Positions 1 through 13,600 of a DNA stretch of 64,000 nucleotides are shown one piece after another. The notes beneath the pieces are model-generated. The model had not been told where the DNA came from, searched no databases, and worked only from the letters and a program-made list of their open reading frames with translations. The translations under genes and the position numbers were made by a program. Each line of letters opens with the position of its first letter. Positions within the stretch are counted from its first letter, which is position 1. The stretch lies in assembly GCA_964016885.1 (NCBI GenBank), contig OZ024761.1, positions 11,284,001 through 11,348,000 of the forward strand, read 5' to 3'. This stretch comes from Eledone cirrhosa. Its lineage: Eukaryota.

Positions 1-1340
1 CACCTCCTGTTCACCCCCTCCTTCTCTGTTCACTATCTCATATTCACTACTTAGTGCTAATCACCTCCTGTTCACCCCCTCCTTCTCTGTTCACTATCTC
101 ATATTCACTACTTAGTGCTAATCACCTCCTGTTCACCCCCTCCTTCTTTGTTCACTATCTCATATTCACTACTTAGTGCTAATCACCTCCTGTTCACCCC
201 CTCCTTCTCTGTTCACTATCTCATATTCACTACTTAGTGCTAATCACCTCTTGTTCACCCCTCCTTCTCTGTTCACTATCTCACGTTCACTACTTAGTGC
301 TAATCACCTCCTGTTCACCCCCTCCTTCTCTGTTCACTATCTCATATTCACTACTTAGTGCTAATCACCTCCTGTTCACCCCCTCCTTCTCTGTTCACTA
401 TCTCATATTCACTACTTAGTGCTAATCACCTCCTGTTCACCCCCTCCTTCTTTGTTCACTATCTCATATTCACTACTTAGTGCTAATCACCTCCTGTTCA
501 CCCCCTCCTTCTCTGTTCACTATCTCATATTCACTACTTAGTGCTAATCACCTCTTGTTCACCCCTCCTTCTCTGTTCACTATCTCACGTTCACTACTTA
601 GTGCTAATCACCTCCTGTTCACCCCCTCCTTCTCTGTTCACTATCTCATATTCACTACTTAGTGCTAATCACCTCCTGTTCACCCCCTCCTTCTCTGTTC
701 ACTATCTCATATTCACTACTTAGTGCTAATCACCTCCTGTTCACCCCCTCCTTCTTTGTTCACTATCTCATATTCACTACTTAGTGCTAATCACCTCCTG
801 TTCACCCCCTCCTTCTCTGTTCACTATCTCATATTCACTACTTAGTGCTAATCACCTCCTGTTCAACCCCTCCTTCTCTGTTCACTATCTCACGTTCACT
901 ATTTAGTGCTAATCACCTCCTGTTCACCCCCTCCTTCTCTGTTCACTATCTCATATTCACTACTTAGTGCTAATCACCCCCTGTTCAACCCCTCCTTCTC
1001 TGTTCACTATATCACGTTCACTACTTAGTGCTAATCACCTCCTGTTCAACCTCTCCTTCTCTGTTCACTATCTCATATTCACTACTTAGTGCTAATCACC
1101 TCCTGTTCAACCTCTCCTTCTCTGTTCACTATCTCATGTTCACTACTTAGTGCTAATCACCTCTTGTTCACCCCTCCTTCTCTGTTCACTATCTCATGTT
1201 CACTACTTAGTGCTAATCACCTCCTGTTCAACCTCTCCTTCTCTGTTCACTACTTAATGCTAATCACCTCCTGTTCACCCTCTCCTTCTCTGTTCACCAC
1301 CCCATGTTCACATCTCTGTCCATTGTTTAACATTCATCAC
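1..1340. repeat. 61-bp minisatellite with 304-bp higher-order period; continues off the window start
   Basis: Unit CACCTCCTGTTCACCCCCTCCTTCTCTGTTCACTATCTCATATTCACTACTTAGTGCTAAT. Variants recur at +304 (identical ORFs at 176/480 and 237/541). The array degenerates toward 1340. Confidence 0.95.
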
Positions 1341-1354
1341 CTCATGTTCACCCT

Positions 1355-1660
1355 CTGAGACTGGATAACTTCCAGAAATCCCTCGCCTGGCAGTGCTACT
1401 GGGGGGGTCACTGCTAGTTCAAGATAAACTCTACAGGCACAGAAGTGCTGTCAGACGGACCTGCCCAAGATACGTGCAGTGTGATGAAACCATTCTGCAC
1501 GCACTTGTCCAGTGTCTGTGCATTACTGACTTGTGGAGTTATTTCATGTGGGACAGATCTGGATATTGAGCAAGTCCATAGTGAAGATCGCCTCTCCACC
1601 TTCTTTTGGCCAGGAATGGCAGCCAGTTTTCCTCTGTCTGGTAGCCATAGTGAAAAAGAT
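1355..1660 (+). mobile_element. Decayed L1/Tx1-like LINE C-terminal fragment
   Basis: Frameshifted translation LDNFQKSLAWQCY...QDKLYRH...TCPRYVQCDETILHALVQC..ITDLW (zinc-knuckle region), then PVFLCLVAIVK. Confidence 0.65.
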
Positions 1661-1967
1661 ACCATGCTTTGCAGCGTATAGTTACGGCCCTTTACGTACT
1701 GAGTTCCAATCCCACCAAGGTTAGCTTTGCTTTTCATCCTTAAGGGGTCGATAAAATAAAGTACCAGTAATGTACTGGGGTCGATTTAATCGACTTTCCC
1801 CTTCCCTCAAAATTATTGGTGTGCCTAAATCAGAAACCATTATTATCATTCTTTGGGCGGTGAATTGGCAGTATCGGTAGAGGGTCGGACGCCATGCTTT
1901 CCAGCATAGTTACGTCCCTTTATGATCTGAGTTCAAATCCCGCCGAGGTTAACATTGCCTTTCATCA

Positions 1968-3378
1968 TTCTTTGAGTCGCATTCATTGATGTTATTTAAC
2001 TGGAAAGTTTGTTCATATGAACATCAAGCAGCCTCAGATATTCAGGACGTATTGGATGGTTCTTGCTTTCCCAGCAAGCATGCCTTTTGAAGTGTTCCAA
2101 AAAAGGGGAGCTGGACTAATGCTCTTTAACCATCCTTGAAACCTCTACGAGATAGTACCTAGTGCTCCTATGACAATCGGGACGACCTTGATTGCATGGC
2201 ATTTCCAAATCCTTTTTAACTCCGACTTTCAATCCTGGTATCGGTTAATTTTCTCCCTCTCCTTTTCTTGCACTCTCGTGTCAAATGGGCAGGCTACATC
2301 TACAATCAAGCATGATCCTTTTTCCTTGTCCCAAACCACCAGGTCAGGTCTATTGTGTTTCAGTTTCTTGTCCGTCTGTATCCTAAAATCCCACAGCTCC
2401 TTCACCTGATCGTTTTCTATCACCGACTCTGGCTTATGCTCATACCACTTCTCAGAATGTAGTAAATTGTTTACTTTGCATAGGTGCCAGTGGATCACCC
2501 TGCCCATCACATCATGTCTCCAGCCTTTATAGTGAGTCTGGGCTAGGTGTTAACACTCGGATACAATGTGAGCCACAGTCTCCTCTCTCTCTCCACAGAT
2601 CCTACACAGTGGGCTAACCTCCTCCTTGTCAATATGGTGTTTCACCCACTTCGTTCTGAGGGCCTGCTCTTGCACAGCCATTAACATTCCTTCTGTAGTC
2701 TTTTTAAGGTCTCCTCTTTTTAACCAGTTCCATATCTGTGGATCTCTAAATTCAGTTTTCTTAAAGAAGGTACTATGAAGAGATTTTTCCTGAAGGCTGC
2801 TCTTTCTCCTTGTTGTTATTTCCTCCTTGGACATCCCCTGGTCTATTGTCCTCTCCTTCAGTACAATTTTGAGCATTGGCTCCCTACTATCAGTCACGTA
2901 TTTGTGTAGGTTGTTTTTCTCCATCTGAACACAGTCCTCTATGTTGATAAGACCTCTTCCACCTTCAGATCTCCTTAAGTAGAGTCTATCGACATCACTC
3001 CCCTTGTGGAACATGTTGTAGATAGTCAATAGCTTCCTAGTCTTCCTATCCATTTCTTTTTGTTCAGCAACATTCCATTTCAGAATTCCTGCACTGTACC
3101 TAATAATAGACACAGCTCAGGAATTTACTGCACTTATGACATTCCTACTATTCAGATGTGATTTTAATACGTTCCTTACTCTCCTTATGTATTCCTTCAT
3201 TTTTTTGTTCTTGATGTCATCTGCCTCCAGAACACCTAAATATTTGTATCCCTCTTCAGCGTCAATTTCCTTTATCATCTCATCTGTTGGTACCTGGATT
3301 CCATTGCTTCTGCTCAATTTACCCCTCTTCATCACTAGGACTCCACACTTATTAATACCAAATTCCATACATATATCT
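1968..3378 (-). mobile_element. Decayed R4/Dong-like restriction-endonuclease (RLE) non-LTR retrotransposon, 3' part
   Basis: One minus frame broken by in-frame stops at 3117, 2550 and 2229. It contains the RT end (MEFGINKC, YKYLGV), GGRGL, a CCHC knuckle CRICGEREETVAHIVSEC, RHD, and an RLE segment LWDF...NRPDLVVWDK...IVDVACPFD. Confidence 0.88.
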
Positions 3379-3720
3379 GAGGCACATGGCTCAGTGGTTA
3401 GAGCATTGGCCTTGCAATCGAAAGGTTGTGAGTTCAATTCTCAGACCGGGTGATGTGTTGTTTCCTTGAGCAAGACACTTTATTTCACATTGCTCCAGTT
3501 TACTCAGCTGTAGAAATGAGATGATAGGGACTGGGTTCCCTATCATTCCACTGCAGAGTGGTCGTGGAGGTGCCACGGCAAAAAAAGCATCCAGCACTCA
3601 CTGTAAATGAGGTTGATGTTAGGAAGGGCATCCAGCTGTAGAAATCAAGCCAGAATCAGTTCCCGTCCCACCCTTGCAAGCAGGGAAAAGCAGACGTAAA
3701 ATGACGATGATGACGATGAT
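3379..3720 (+). mobile_element. SINE family A: tRNA-like head + central domain + RTE-like 3' part ending (GAT)n
   Basis: A box TGGCTCAGTGGTTAGAGC, B box GAGTTCAATTC, then TCCTTGAGCAAGACACTT, AGGAAGGGCATCCAGC and GGAAAAGC.GACGTAAAATGATGATG. Other copies lie at ~38835-39030(+), 48905-49168(-), 49524-49800(-), 54712-54930(-) and 56209-56512(+). Confidence 0.85.
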
Positions 3721-3823
3721 ATCATTGCTGAAAATACGGACAGTGTCAACAAGTACATCCAACTCTGTCTCACTCTTCCCAAAGTGTTTAAGATTGTATT
3801 ATTATTATTTCTGTCATTGCCAG

Positions 3824-3941
3824 GGAGAAACGGGCCAAAGTCAATGTGAAGGACTTCACTATAGAAAATGTGAAAAACTCGACGGTTGGTCGAATGCCAG
3901 GAACTGTTAAAGGCCAACAGTTTATTATAGAGAAATGTGAG
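3824..3941 (+). CDS. RP2: RP2 (XRP2, ARL3 GTPase-activating protein) internal coding exon, first exon in window
   Basis: Acceptor ttgccag|G and donor GAG|gtaagt. Translates (W)EKRAKVNVKDFTIENVKNSTVGRMPGTVKGQQFIIEKCE, matching vertebrate RP2 (W)[31 protein letters not shown] as recalled. The N-terminal myristoylation exon is not in the window. Confidence 0.93.
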
Positions 3942-4160
3942 GTAAGTTGTTATATTGTGTGTGTGTGTATGGCTGTGTATGGCTCTGTGTGTGGCTGTAT
4001 GTGTGTCTGTGTATGGCTGTATATGTGTGTATGGCTGTGGGAAGGGGGGGGGTGATAAAATAAAGTACCAGTAATGCACTGGGGTCAATTTAATTGACTC
4101 TCCCCCTCCCCAAAAATTGTTGGCCTTGTGTCTAAATCAGAAACCATTATTTATTTCTGA

Positions 4161-4352
4161 AGGCGGTGGATTGGCAGTATCGGTAGAGGGTCGGACGCCA
4201 TGCTTTCCAGCATAGTTACGTCCCTTTACGGTCTGAGTTCAAATCCCGCCGAGGTTGACTTTGCCTTTCATCCTTACGGGGTCGATAAAATAAAGTACCA
4301 GTAATGCACTGGATAAGTGCTGGCCTTGTGCCTAAAGAAGAAACAATTATTT
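4161..4352 (+). mobile_element. SINE family B: tRNA-like head, GCCTTTCATCC..GGGGTCGATAAAATAAAGTACCAG core, (TTA)n tail
   Basis: A box TTGGCAGTATCGGTAG and B box GAGTTCAAATCCC. There are many copies: ~1660-1967, 22628-23140, 25820-26370, 29828-30010, 41020-41650, 48440-48625(-), 50920-51600(-), 52295-52700(-) and 55540-55722(-). Confidence 0.87.
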
Positions 4353-4373
4353 ATTTCTGTTCATCTATTTTAG

Positions 4374-4465
4374 GATACCAACATCTACATGTTTGACCAT
4401 TCGGCCACAGTGACCATCGATGACTGTATAAACTGTAGGATATTTCTGGGTCCAGTGAAAACAAG
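4374..4465 (+). CDS. RP2: RP2 coding exon (TBCC/CARP beta-helix)
   Basis: ttttag|GAT...ACAAG|gtcagt; [30 protein letters not shown](S). Phases are compatible with both neighbouring exons. Confidence 0.95.
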
Positions 4466-4661
4466 GTCAGTGTTTCCCACTTTTTTTTTGGGGGGGGGGG
4501 GTTACTCTGGCCAAATGGTCAGAAAGTTTGCTCCTTAATCCTGAATTCCTGGAAACTATTTGAAAGAATCCCATCAGATAGGCTATACCTATAATTTAAT
4601 GGGCCAGCCTTGTCACTCACTGTGTCACACCGAATCTCCCTGAGAATTATATTATGTTGTG

Positions 4662-7600
4662 TGTCACGACAAAAAGTGCCCAGCTTACACTGTAAAGTAG
4701 TGGTTTTGGTGACACGACAAAAGGTACCCAGTCCACACTGTAAAGTAGTTGTTTTGGTGACACGACAAAAGGTACCCAGTCCACACTGTAAAGTAGTTGT
4801 TTTAGTGACACGACAAAAGGTACCCAGTCCACACTGTAAAGTAGTTGTTTTAGTGACACGACAAAAGGTACCCAGTCCACACTGTAAAGTAGTGGTTTTG
4901 GTGACACGACAAAAGGTACCCAGCCCACACTGTAAAGTAGTGGTTTTGGTGACACGACAAAAGGTACCCAGTCCACACTGTAAAGTAGTTGTTTTGGTGA
5001 CACGACAAAAGGTACCCAGTCCACACTGTAAAGTAGTTGTTTTGGTGACACGACAAAAGGTACCCAGTCCACACTGTAAAGTAGTGGTTTTGGTGACACG
5101 ACAAAAGGTACCCAGTCCACACTGTAAAGTAGTGGTTTTGGTGACACGACAAAAGGTACCCAGTCCACACTGTAAAGTAGTTGTTTTGGTGAAACGACAA
5201 AAGGTACCCAGTCCACATTGTAAAGTAGTGGTTTTGGTGACACGACAAAAGGTACCCAGCCCACACTGTAAAGTAGTTGTTTTGGTGACACGACAAAAGG
5301 TACCCAGTCCACACTGTAAAGTAGTGGTTTTGGTGACACGACAAAAGGTACCCAGTCCACACTGTAAAGTAGTTGTTTTGGTGACACGACAAAAGGTACC
5401 CAGTCCACACTGTAAAGTAGTTGTTTTGGTGACACGACAAAAGGTACCCAGTCCACACTGTAAAGTAGTGGTTTTGGTGACACGACAAAAGGTACCCAGT
5501 CCACACTGTAAAGTAGTGGTTTTGGTGACACGACAAAAGGTACCCAGTCCACACTGTAAAGTAGTGGTTTTGGTGACACGACAAAAGGTACCCAGTCCAC
5601 ACTGTAAAGTAGTGGTTATGGTGACACGACAAAAAGTACCCAGTCCACACTGTAAAGTAGTGGTTTTGGTGACACGACAAAAGGTACCCAGTCCACACTG
5701 TAAAGTAGTTGTTTTGGTGACACGACAAAAGGTACCCAGTCCACACTGTAAAGTAGTGGTTTTGGTGACACGACAAAAGGTACCCAGTCCACACTGTAAA
5801 GTAGTTGTTTTGGTGACACGACAAAAGGTACCCAGTCCACACTGTAAAGTAGTGGTTTTGGTGACACGACAAAAGGTACCCAGTCCACACTGTAAAGTAG
5901 TGGTTTTGGTGACACGACAAAAGGTACCCAGTCCACACTGTAAAGTAGTGGTTTTGGTGACACGACAAAAGGTACCCAGTCCACACTGTAAAGTAGTGGT
6001 TTTGGTGACACGACAAAAGGTACCCAGTCCACACTGTAAAGTAGTGGTTTTGGTGACACGACAAAAGGTACCCAGTCCACACTGTAAAGTAGTGGTTTTG
6101 GTGACACGACAAAAGGTACCCAGTCCACACTGTAAAGTAGTTGTTTTGGTGACACGACAAAAAGTACCCAGTCCACACTGTAAAGTAGTTGTTTTGGTGA
6201 CACGACAAAAGGTACCCAGTCCACACTGTAAAGTAGTTGTTTTGGTGACACGACAAAAGGTACCCAGTCCACACTGTAAAGTAGTTGTTTTGGTGACACG
6301 AGAAAAGGTACCCAGTCCACACTGTAAAGTAGTTGTTTTGGTGACATGACAAAAGGTACCCAGTCCACACTGTAAAGTAGTTGTTTTGGTGACACGACAA
6401 AAAGTACCCAATCCACACTGTAAAGTAGTTGTTTTGGTGACACGACAAAAGGTACCCAATCCACACTGTAAAGTAGTGGTTTTGGTGACACGACAAAAGG
6501 TACCCAGTCCACACTGTAAAGTAGTGGTTTTGGTGACACGACAAAAGGTACCCAGTCCACACTGTAAAGTAGTTGTTTTAGTGACACGACAAAAGGTACC
6601 CAGTCCACACTGTAAAGTAGTGGTTTTGGTGACACGACAAAAGGTACCTAGTCCACACTGTAAAGTAGTTGTTTTAGTGACATGACAAAAGGTACCCAGT
6701 TCACACTGTAAAGTAGTGGTTTTGGTGACACGACAAAAGGTACCCAGTCCACACTGTAAAGTAGTGGTTTTGGTGACACGACAAAAGGTACCCAGTCCAC
6801 ACTGTAAAGTAGTGGTTTTGGTGACACGACAAAAGGTACCCAGTCCACACTGTAAAGTAGTGGTTTTGGTGACACGACAAAAGGTACCCAGTCCACACTG
6901 TAAAGTAGTGGTTTTGGTGATACGACAAAAGGTACCCAGTCCACACTGTAAAGTAGTGGTTTTGGTGACACGACAAAAAGTACCCAGTCCACACTGTAAA
7001 GTAGTGGTTTTGGTGACACGACAAAAGGTACCCAGTCCACACTGTAAAGTAGTTGTTTTAGTGACACGACAAAAGGTACCCAGTCCACACTGTAAAGTAG
7101 TTGTTTTAGTGACACGACAAAAGGTACCCAGTCCACACTGTAAAGTAGTTGTTTTGGTGACACGACAAAAGGTACCCAGTCCACACTGTAAAGTAGTTGT
7201 TTTAGTGACACGACAAAAAGTACCCAGTCCACACTGTAAAGTAGTGGTTTTGGTGACACGACAAAAAGTACCCAGTCCACACTGTAAAGTAGTTGTTTCA
7301 GTGACACGACAAAAGGTACCCAGTCCACACTGTAAAGTAGTGGTTTTGGTGACACGACAAAAGGTACCCAGTCCACACTGTAAAGTAGTTGTTTTAGTGA
7401 CACGACAAAAGGTACCCAGTCCACACTGTAAAGTAGTTGTTTTGGTGACACGACAAAAGGTACCCAGTCCACACTGTAAAGTAGTTGTTTTGGTGACACG
7501 ACAAAAGGTACCCAGTCCACACTGTAAAGTAGTGGTTTTGGTGACACGACAAAAGGTACCCAGTCCACACTGTAAAGTAGTGGTTTTGGTGACACGACAA

Positions 7601-10600
7601 AAGGTACCCAGTCCACACTGTAAAGTAGTGGTTTTGGTGACACGACAAAAGGTACCCAGTCCACACTGTAAAGTAGTTGTTTTGGTGACACGACAAAAAG
7701 TACCCAGTCCACACTGTAAAGTAGTGGTTTTGGTGACACGACAAAAGGTACCTAGTCCACACTGTAAAGTAGTGGTTTTGGTGACACGACAAAAGGTACC
7801 CAGTCTACACTGTAAAGTAGTTGTTTTGGTGACACGACAAAAAGTACCCAGTCCACACTGTAAAGTAGTGGTTTTGGTGACACGACAAAAGGTACCCAGT
7901 CCACACTGTAAAGTACTGGTTTTGGTGACACGACAAAAAGTACCCAGTCCACACTGTAAAGTAGTTGTTTTGGTGACACAAAAAAAGGTACCCAGTCCAC
8001 ACTGTAAAGTAGTTGTTTTAGTGACACGACAAAAGGTACCCAGTCCACACTGTAAAGTAGTTGTTTTGGTGACACGACAAAAGGTACCCAGTCCACACTG
8101 TAAAGTAGTTGTTTTGGTGACACGACAAAAGGTACCCAGTCCACACTGTAAAGTAGTTGTTTTGGTGACACGACAAAAGGTACCCAGTCCACACTGTAAA
8201 GTAGTGGTTTTGGTGACACGACAAAAGGTACCCAGTCCACACTGTAAAGTAGTGGTTTTGGTGACACGACAAAAGGTACCCAGTCCACACTGTAAAGTAG
8301 TGGTTTTGGTGACACGACAAAAGGTACCCAGTCCACACTGTAAAGTAGTGGTTTTGGTGACACGACAAAAGGTACCCAGTCCACACTGTAAAGTAGTGGT
8401 TTTGGTGACACGACAAAAGGTACCCAGTCCACACTGTAAAGTAGTGGTTTTGGTGACACGACAAAAGGTACCCAGTCCACACTGTAAAGTAGTGGTTTTG
8501 GTGACACGACAAAAGGTACCCAGTCCACACTGTAAAGTAGTGGTTTTGGTGATACGACAAAAGGTACCCAGTTCACACTGTAAAGTAGTTGTTTTGGTGA
8601 CACGACAAAAAGTACCCAGTCCATACTGTAAAGTAGTGGTTTTGGTGACACGACAAAAGGTACCTAGTCCACACTGTAAAGTAGTGGTTTTGGTGACACG
8701 ACAAAAGGTACCCAGTCCACACTGTAAAGTACTGGTTTTGGTGACACGACAAAAAGTACCCAGTCCACACTGTAAAGTAGTGGTTTTGGTGACACGACAA
8801 AAGGTACCCAGTCCACACTGTAAAGTACTGGTTTTGGTGACACGACAAAAAGTACCCAGTCCACACTGTAAAGTAGTTGTTTTGGTGACACGACAAAAGG
8901 TACCCAGTCCACACTGTAAAGTAGTTGTTTTGGTGACACGACAAAAGGTACCCAGTCCACACTGTAAAGTAGTTGTTTTGGTGACATGACAAAAGGTACC
9001 CAGTCCACACTGTAAAGTAGTGGTTTTGGTGACACGACAAAAGGTACCCAGCCCACACTGTAAAGTAGTGGTTTTGGTGACACGACAAAAGGTACCCAGT
9101 CCACACTGTAAAGTAGTTGTTTTGGTGACACGACAAAAGGTACCCAGTCCACACCGTAAAGTAGTGGTTTTGGTGACACGACAAAAGGTACCCAGTCCAC
9201 ACTGTAAAGTAGTGGTTTTGGTGACACGACAAAAGGTACCCAGTCCACACTGTAAAGTAGTTGTTTTAGTGACACGACAAAAGGTACCCAGCCCACACTG
9301 TAAAGTAGTGGTTTTGGTGACACGACAAAAGGTACCCAGTCCACACTGTAAAGTAGTGGTTTTAGTGACACGACAAAAGGTACCCAGTCCACACTGTAAA
9401 GTAGTGGTTTTGGTGACACGACAAAAGGTACCCAGTCCACACTGTAAAGTAGTGGTTTTGGTGACACGACAAAAGGTACCCAGTCCACACTGTAAAGTAG
9501 TGGTTTTGGTGACACGACAAAAGGTACCCAGTCCACACTGTAAAGTAGTGGTTTTGGTGACACGACAAAAGGTACCCAGTCCACACTGTAAAGTAGTGGT
9601 TTTGGTGACACGACAAAAGGTACCCAGTCCACACTGTAAAGTAGTTGTTTTGGTGACACGACAAAAGGTACTCAGTCCACACTGTAAAGTAGTTGTTTTA
9701 GTGACACGACAAAAGGTACCCAGCCCACACTGTAAAGTAGTGGTTTTGGTGACACGACAAAAGGTACCCAGTCCACACTGTAAAGTAGTGGTTTTGGTGA
9801 CACGACAAAAGGTACCCAGTCCACACTGTAAAGTAGTGATTTTGGTGACACGACAAAAGGTACCCAGTTCACACTGTAAAGTAGTGGTTTTGGTGACACG
9901 ACAAAAGGTACCCAGTCCACACTGTAAAGTACTGGTTTTGGTGACACGACAAAAGGTACCCAGTCCACACTGTAAAGTAGTGGTTTTGGTGACACGACAA
10001 AAGGTACCCAGTCCACACTGTAAAGTAGTTGTTTTAGTGACACGACAAAAGGTACCCAGTCCACACTGTAAAGTAGTGGTTTTGGTGACACGACAAAAGG
10101 TACCCAGTCCACACTGTAAAGTAGTGGTTTTGGTGACACCACAAAAGGTACCCAGTCCACACTGTAAAGTAGTGGTTTTGGTGATACGACAAAAGGTACC
10201 CAGTCCACACTGTAAAGTAGTGGTTTTGGTGACACGACAAAAGGTACCCAGTCCACACTGTAAAGTAGTGGTTTTGGTGACACGACAAAAGCTACCCAGT
10301 CCACACTGTAAAGTAGTGGTTTTGGTGACACGACAAAAGGTACCCAGTCCACACTGTAAAGTAGTTGTTTTAGTGACACGACAAAAGGTACCCAGTCCAC
10401 ACTGTAAAGTAGTTGTTTTGGTGACACGAGAAAAGGTACCCAGTCCACACTGTAAAGTAGTTGTTTTGGTGACACGACAAAAGGTACCCAGTCCACACTG
10501 TAAAGTAGTGGTTTTGGTGACACGACAAAAGGTACCCAGTCCACACTGTAAAGTAGTGACAAAAGGTACCCAGCCCACACTGTAAAGTAGTGGTTTTGGT

Positions 10601-13600
10601 GACACGACAAAAGGTACCTAGTCCACACTGTAAAGTAGTTGTTTTGTTGACACGACAAAAGGTACCCAGTCCACACTGTAAAGTAGTTGTTTTGGTGACA
10701 CGACAAAAGGTACCCAGTCCACACTGTAAAGTAGTTGTTTTAGTGACACGACAAAAGGTACCCAGTCCACACTGTAAAGTAGTGGTTTTGGTGACACGAC
10801 AAAAGGTACCTAGTCCACACTGTAAAGTAGTTGTTTTAGTGACACGACAAAAGGTACCCAGTCCACACTGTAAAGTAGTTGTTTTAGTGACACGACAAAA
10901 GGTACCCAGTCCACACTGTAAAGTAGTTGTTTTGGTGACACGACAAAAGGTACCCAGTCCACACTGTAAAGTAGTTGTTTTAGTGACACGACAAAAAGTA
11001 CCCAGTCCACACTGTAAAGTAGTGGTTTTGGTGACACGACAAAAAGTACCCAGTCCACACTGTAAAGTAGTTGTTTCAGTAACACGACAAAAGGTACCCA
11101 GTCCACACTGTAAAGTAGTTGTTTTGGTGACACGACAAAAGGTACCCAGTCCACACTGTAAAGTAGTGGTTTTGGTGACACGACAAAAGGTACCCAGTCC
11201 ACACTGTAAAGTAGTTGTTTTAGTGACACGACAAAAGGTACCCAGCCCACACTGTAAAGTAGTGGTTTTGGTGACACGACAAAAGGTACCCAGTCCACAC
11301 TGTAAAGTAGTGGTTTTGGTGACACGACAAAAGGTACCCAGTCCACACTGTAAAGTAGTGATTTTGGTGACACGACAAAAGGTACCCAGTCCACACTGTA
11401 AAGTAGTGGTTTTGGTGACACGACAAAAGGTACCCAGTCCACACTGTAAAGTAGTGGTTTTGGTGACACGACAAAAGGTACCCAGTCCACACTGTAAAGT
11501 AGTTGTTTTAGTGACACGACAAAAGGTACCCAGTCCACACTGTAAAGTAGTGGTTTTGGTGACACGACAAAAGGTACCCAGTCCACACTGTAAAGTAGTG
11601 GTTTTGGTGACACGACAAAAGGTACCCAGTCCACACTGTAAAGTAGTGGTTTTGGTGATACGACAAAAGGTACCCAGTCCACACTGTAAAGTAGTGGTTT
11701 TGGTGACACGACAAAAGGTACCCAGTCCACACTGTAAAGTAGTGGTTTTGGTGACACGACAAAAGCTACCCAGTCCACACTGTAAAGTAGTGGTTTTGGT
11801 GACACGACAAAAGGTACCTAGTCCACACTGTAAAGTAGTTGTTTTAGTGACACGACAAAAGGTACCCAGTCCACACTGTAAAGTAGTTGTTTTGGTGACA
11901 CAACAAAAGGTACCCAGTCCACACTGTAAAGTAGTTGTTTTAGTGACACGACAAAAGGTACCCAGTCCACACTGTAAAGTAGTGGTTTTGGTGACACGAC
12001 AAAAGGTACCTAGTCCACACTGTAAAGTAGTTGTTTTAGTGACACGACAAAAGGTACCCAGTCCACACTGTAAAGTAGTTGTTTTAGTGACACGACAAAA
12101 GGTACCCAGTCCACACTGTAAAGTAGTTGTTTTGGTGACACGACAAAAGGTACCCAGTCCACACTGTAAAGTAGTTGTTTTAGTGACACGACAAAAAGTA
12201 CCCAGTCCACACTGTAAAATAGTGGTTTTGGTGACACGACAAAAAGTACCCAGTCCACACTGTAAAGTAGTTGTTTCAGTAACACGACAAAAGGTACCCA
12301 GTCCACACTGTAAAGTAGTTGTTTTGGTGACACGACAAAAGGTACCCAGTCCACACTGTAAAGTAGTGGTTTTGGTGACACGACAAAAGGTACCCAGTCC
12401 ACACTGTAAAGTAGTGGTTTTGGTGACACGACAAAAGGTACCCAGTCCACACTGTAAAGTAGTGGTTTTGGTCACACGACAAAAGGTACCCAGTCCACAC
12501 TGTAAAGTAGTTGTTTTGGTGACACGACAAAAAGTACCCAGTCCACACTGTAAAGTAGTGGTTTTGGTGACACGACAAAAGGTACCTAGTCCACACTGTA
12601 AAGTAGTGGTTTTGGTGACACGACAAAAGGTACCCAGTCCACACTGTAAAGTAGTTGTTTTGGTGACACAACAAAAAGTACCCAGTCCACACTGTAAAGT
12701 AGTTGTTTTGGTGACACGACAAAAGGTACCCAGTCCACACTGTAAAGTAGTGGTTTTGGTGACACGACAAAAGGTACCCAGTCCACACTGTAAAGTAGTG
12801 GTTTTGGTGACATGACAAAAGGTACCCAGTCCACACTGTAAAGTAGTGGTTTTGGTGACACGACAAAAGGTACCCAGTCCACACTGTAAAGTAGTGGTTT
12901 TGGTGACACGACAAAAGGTACCCAGTCCACACTGTAAAGTAGTGGTTTTGGTGACACGACAAAAGGTACCCAGTCCACACTGTAAAGTAGTGGTTTTGGT
13001 GACACGACAAAAGGTACCCAGTCCACACTGTAAAGTAGTGGTTTTGGTGACACGACAAAAGGTACCCAGTCCACACTGTAAAGTAGTGGTTTTGGTGACA
13101 CGACAAAAGGTACCCAGTCCACACTGTAAAGTCGTTGTTTTGGTGACACGACAAAAAGTACCCAGTCCACACTGTAAAGTAGTGGTTTTGGTGACACGAC
13201 AAAAGGTACCTAGTCCACACTGTAAAGTAGTGGTTTTGGTGACACGACAAAAGGTACCCAGTCCACACTGTAAAGTAGTTGTTTTGGTGACACGACAAAA
13301 AGTACCCAGTCCACACTGTAAAGTAGTGGTTTTGGTGACACGACAAAAGGTACCCAGTCCACACTGTAAAGTACTGGTTTTGGTGACACGACAAAAAGTA
13401 CCCAGTCCACACTGTAAAGTAGTTGTTTTTGTGACACGACAAAAGGTACCCAGTCCACACTGTAAAGTAGTTGTTATAGTGACACGACAAAAGGTACCCA
13501 GTCCACACTGTAAAGTAGTTGTTTTGGTGACACGACAAAAGGTACCCAGTCCACACTGTAAAGTAGTTGTTTTGGTGACACGACAAAAGGTACCCAGTCC

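Noticed and set aside
3379-3452. tRNA gene
   Set aside because: A and B boxes are present, but the sequence continues into a multi-copy SINE body and lacks a proper acceptor stem.
1-3823. RP2 first exon (MGC..SK myristoylation motif)
   Set aside because: No such motif with a donor site was found. The span is fully explained by a minisatellite, LINE fragments and SINEs.
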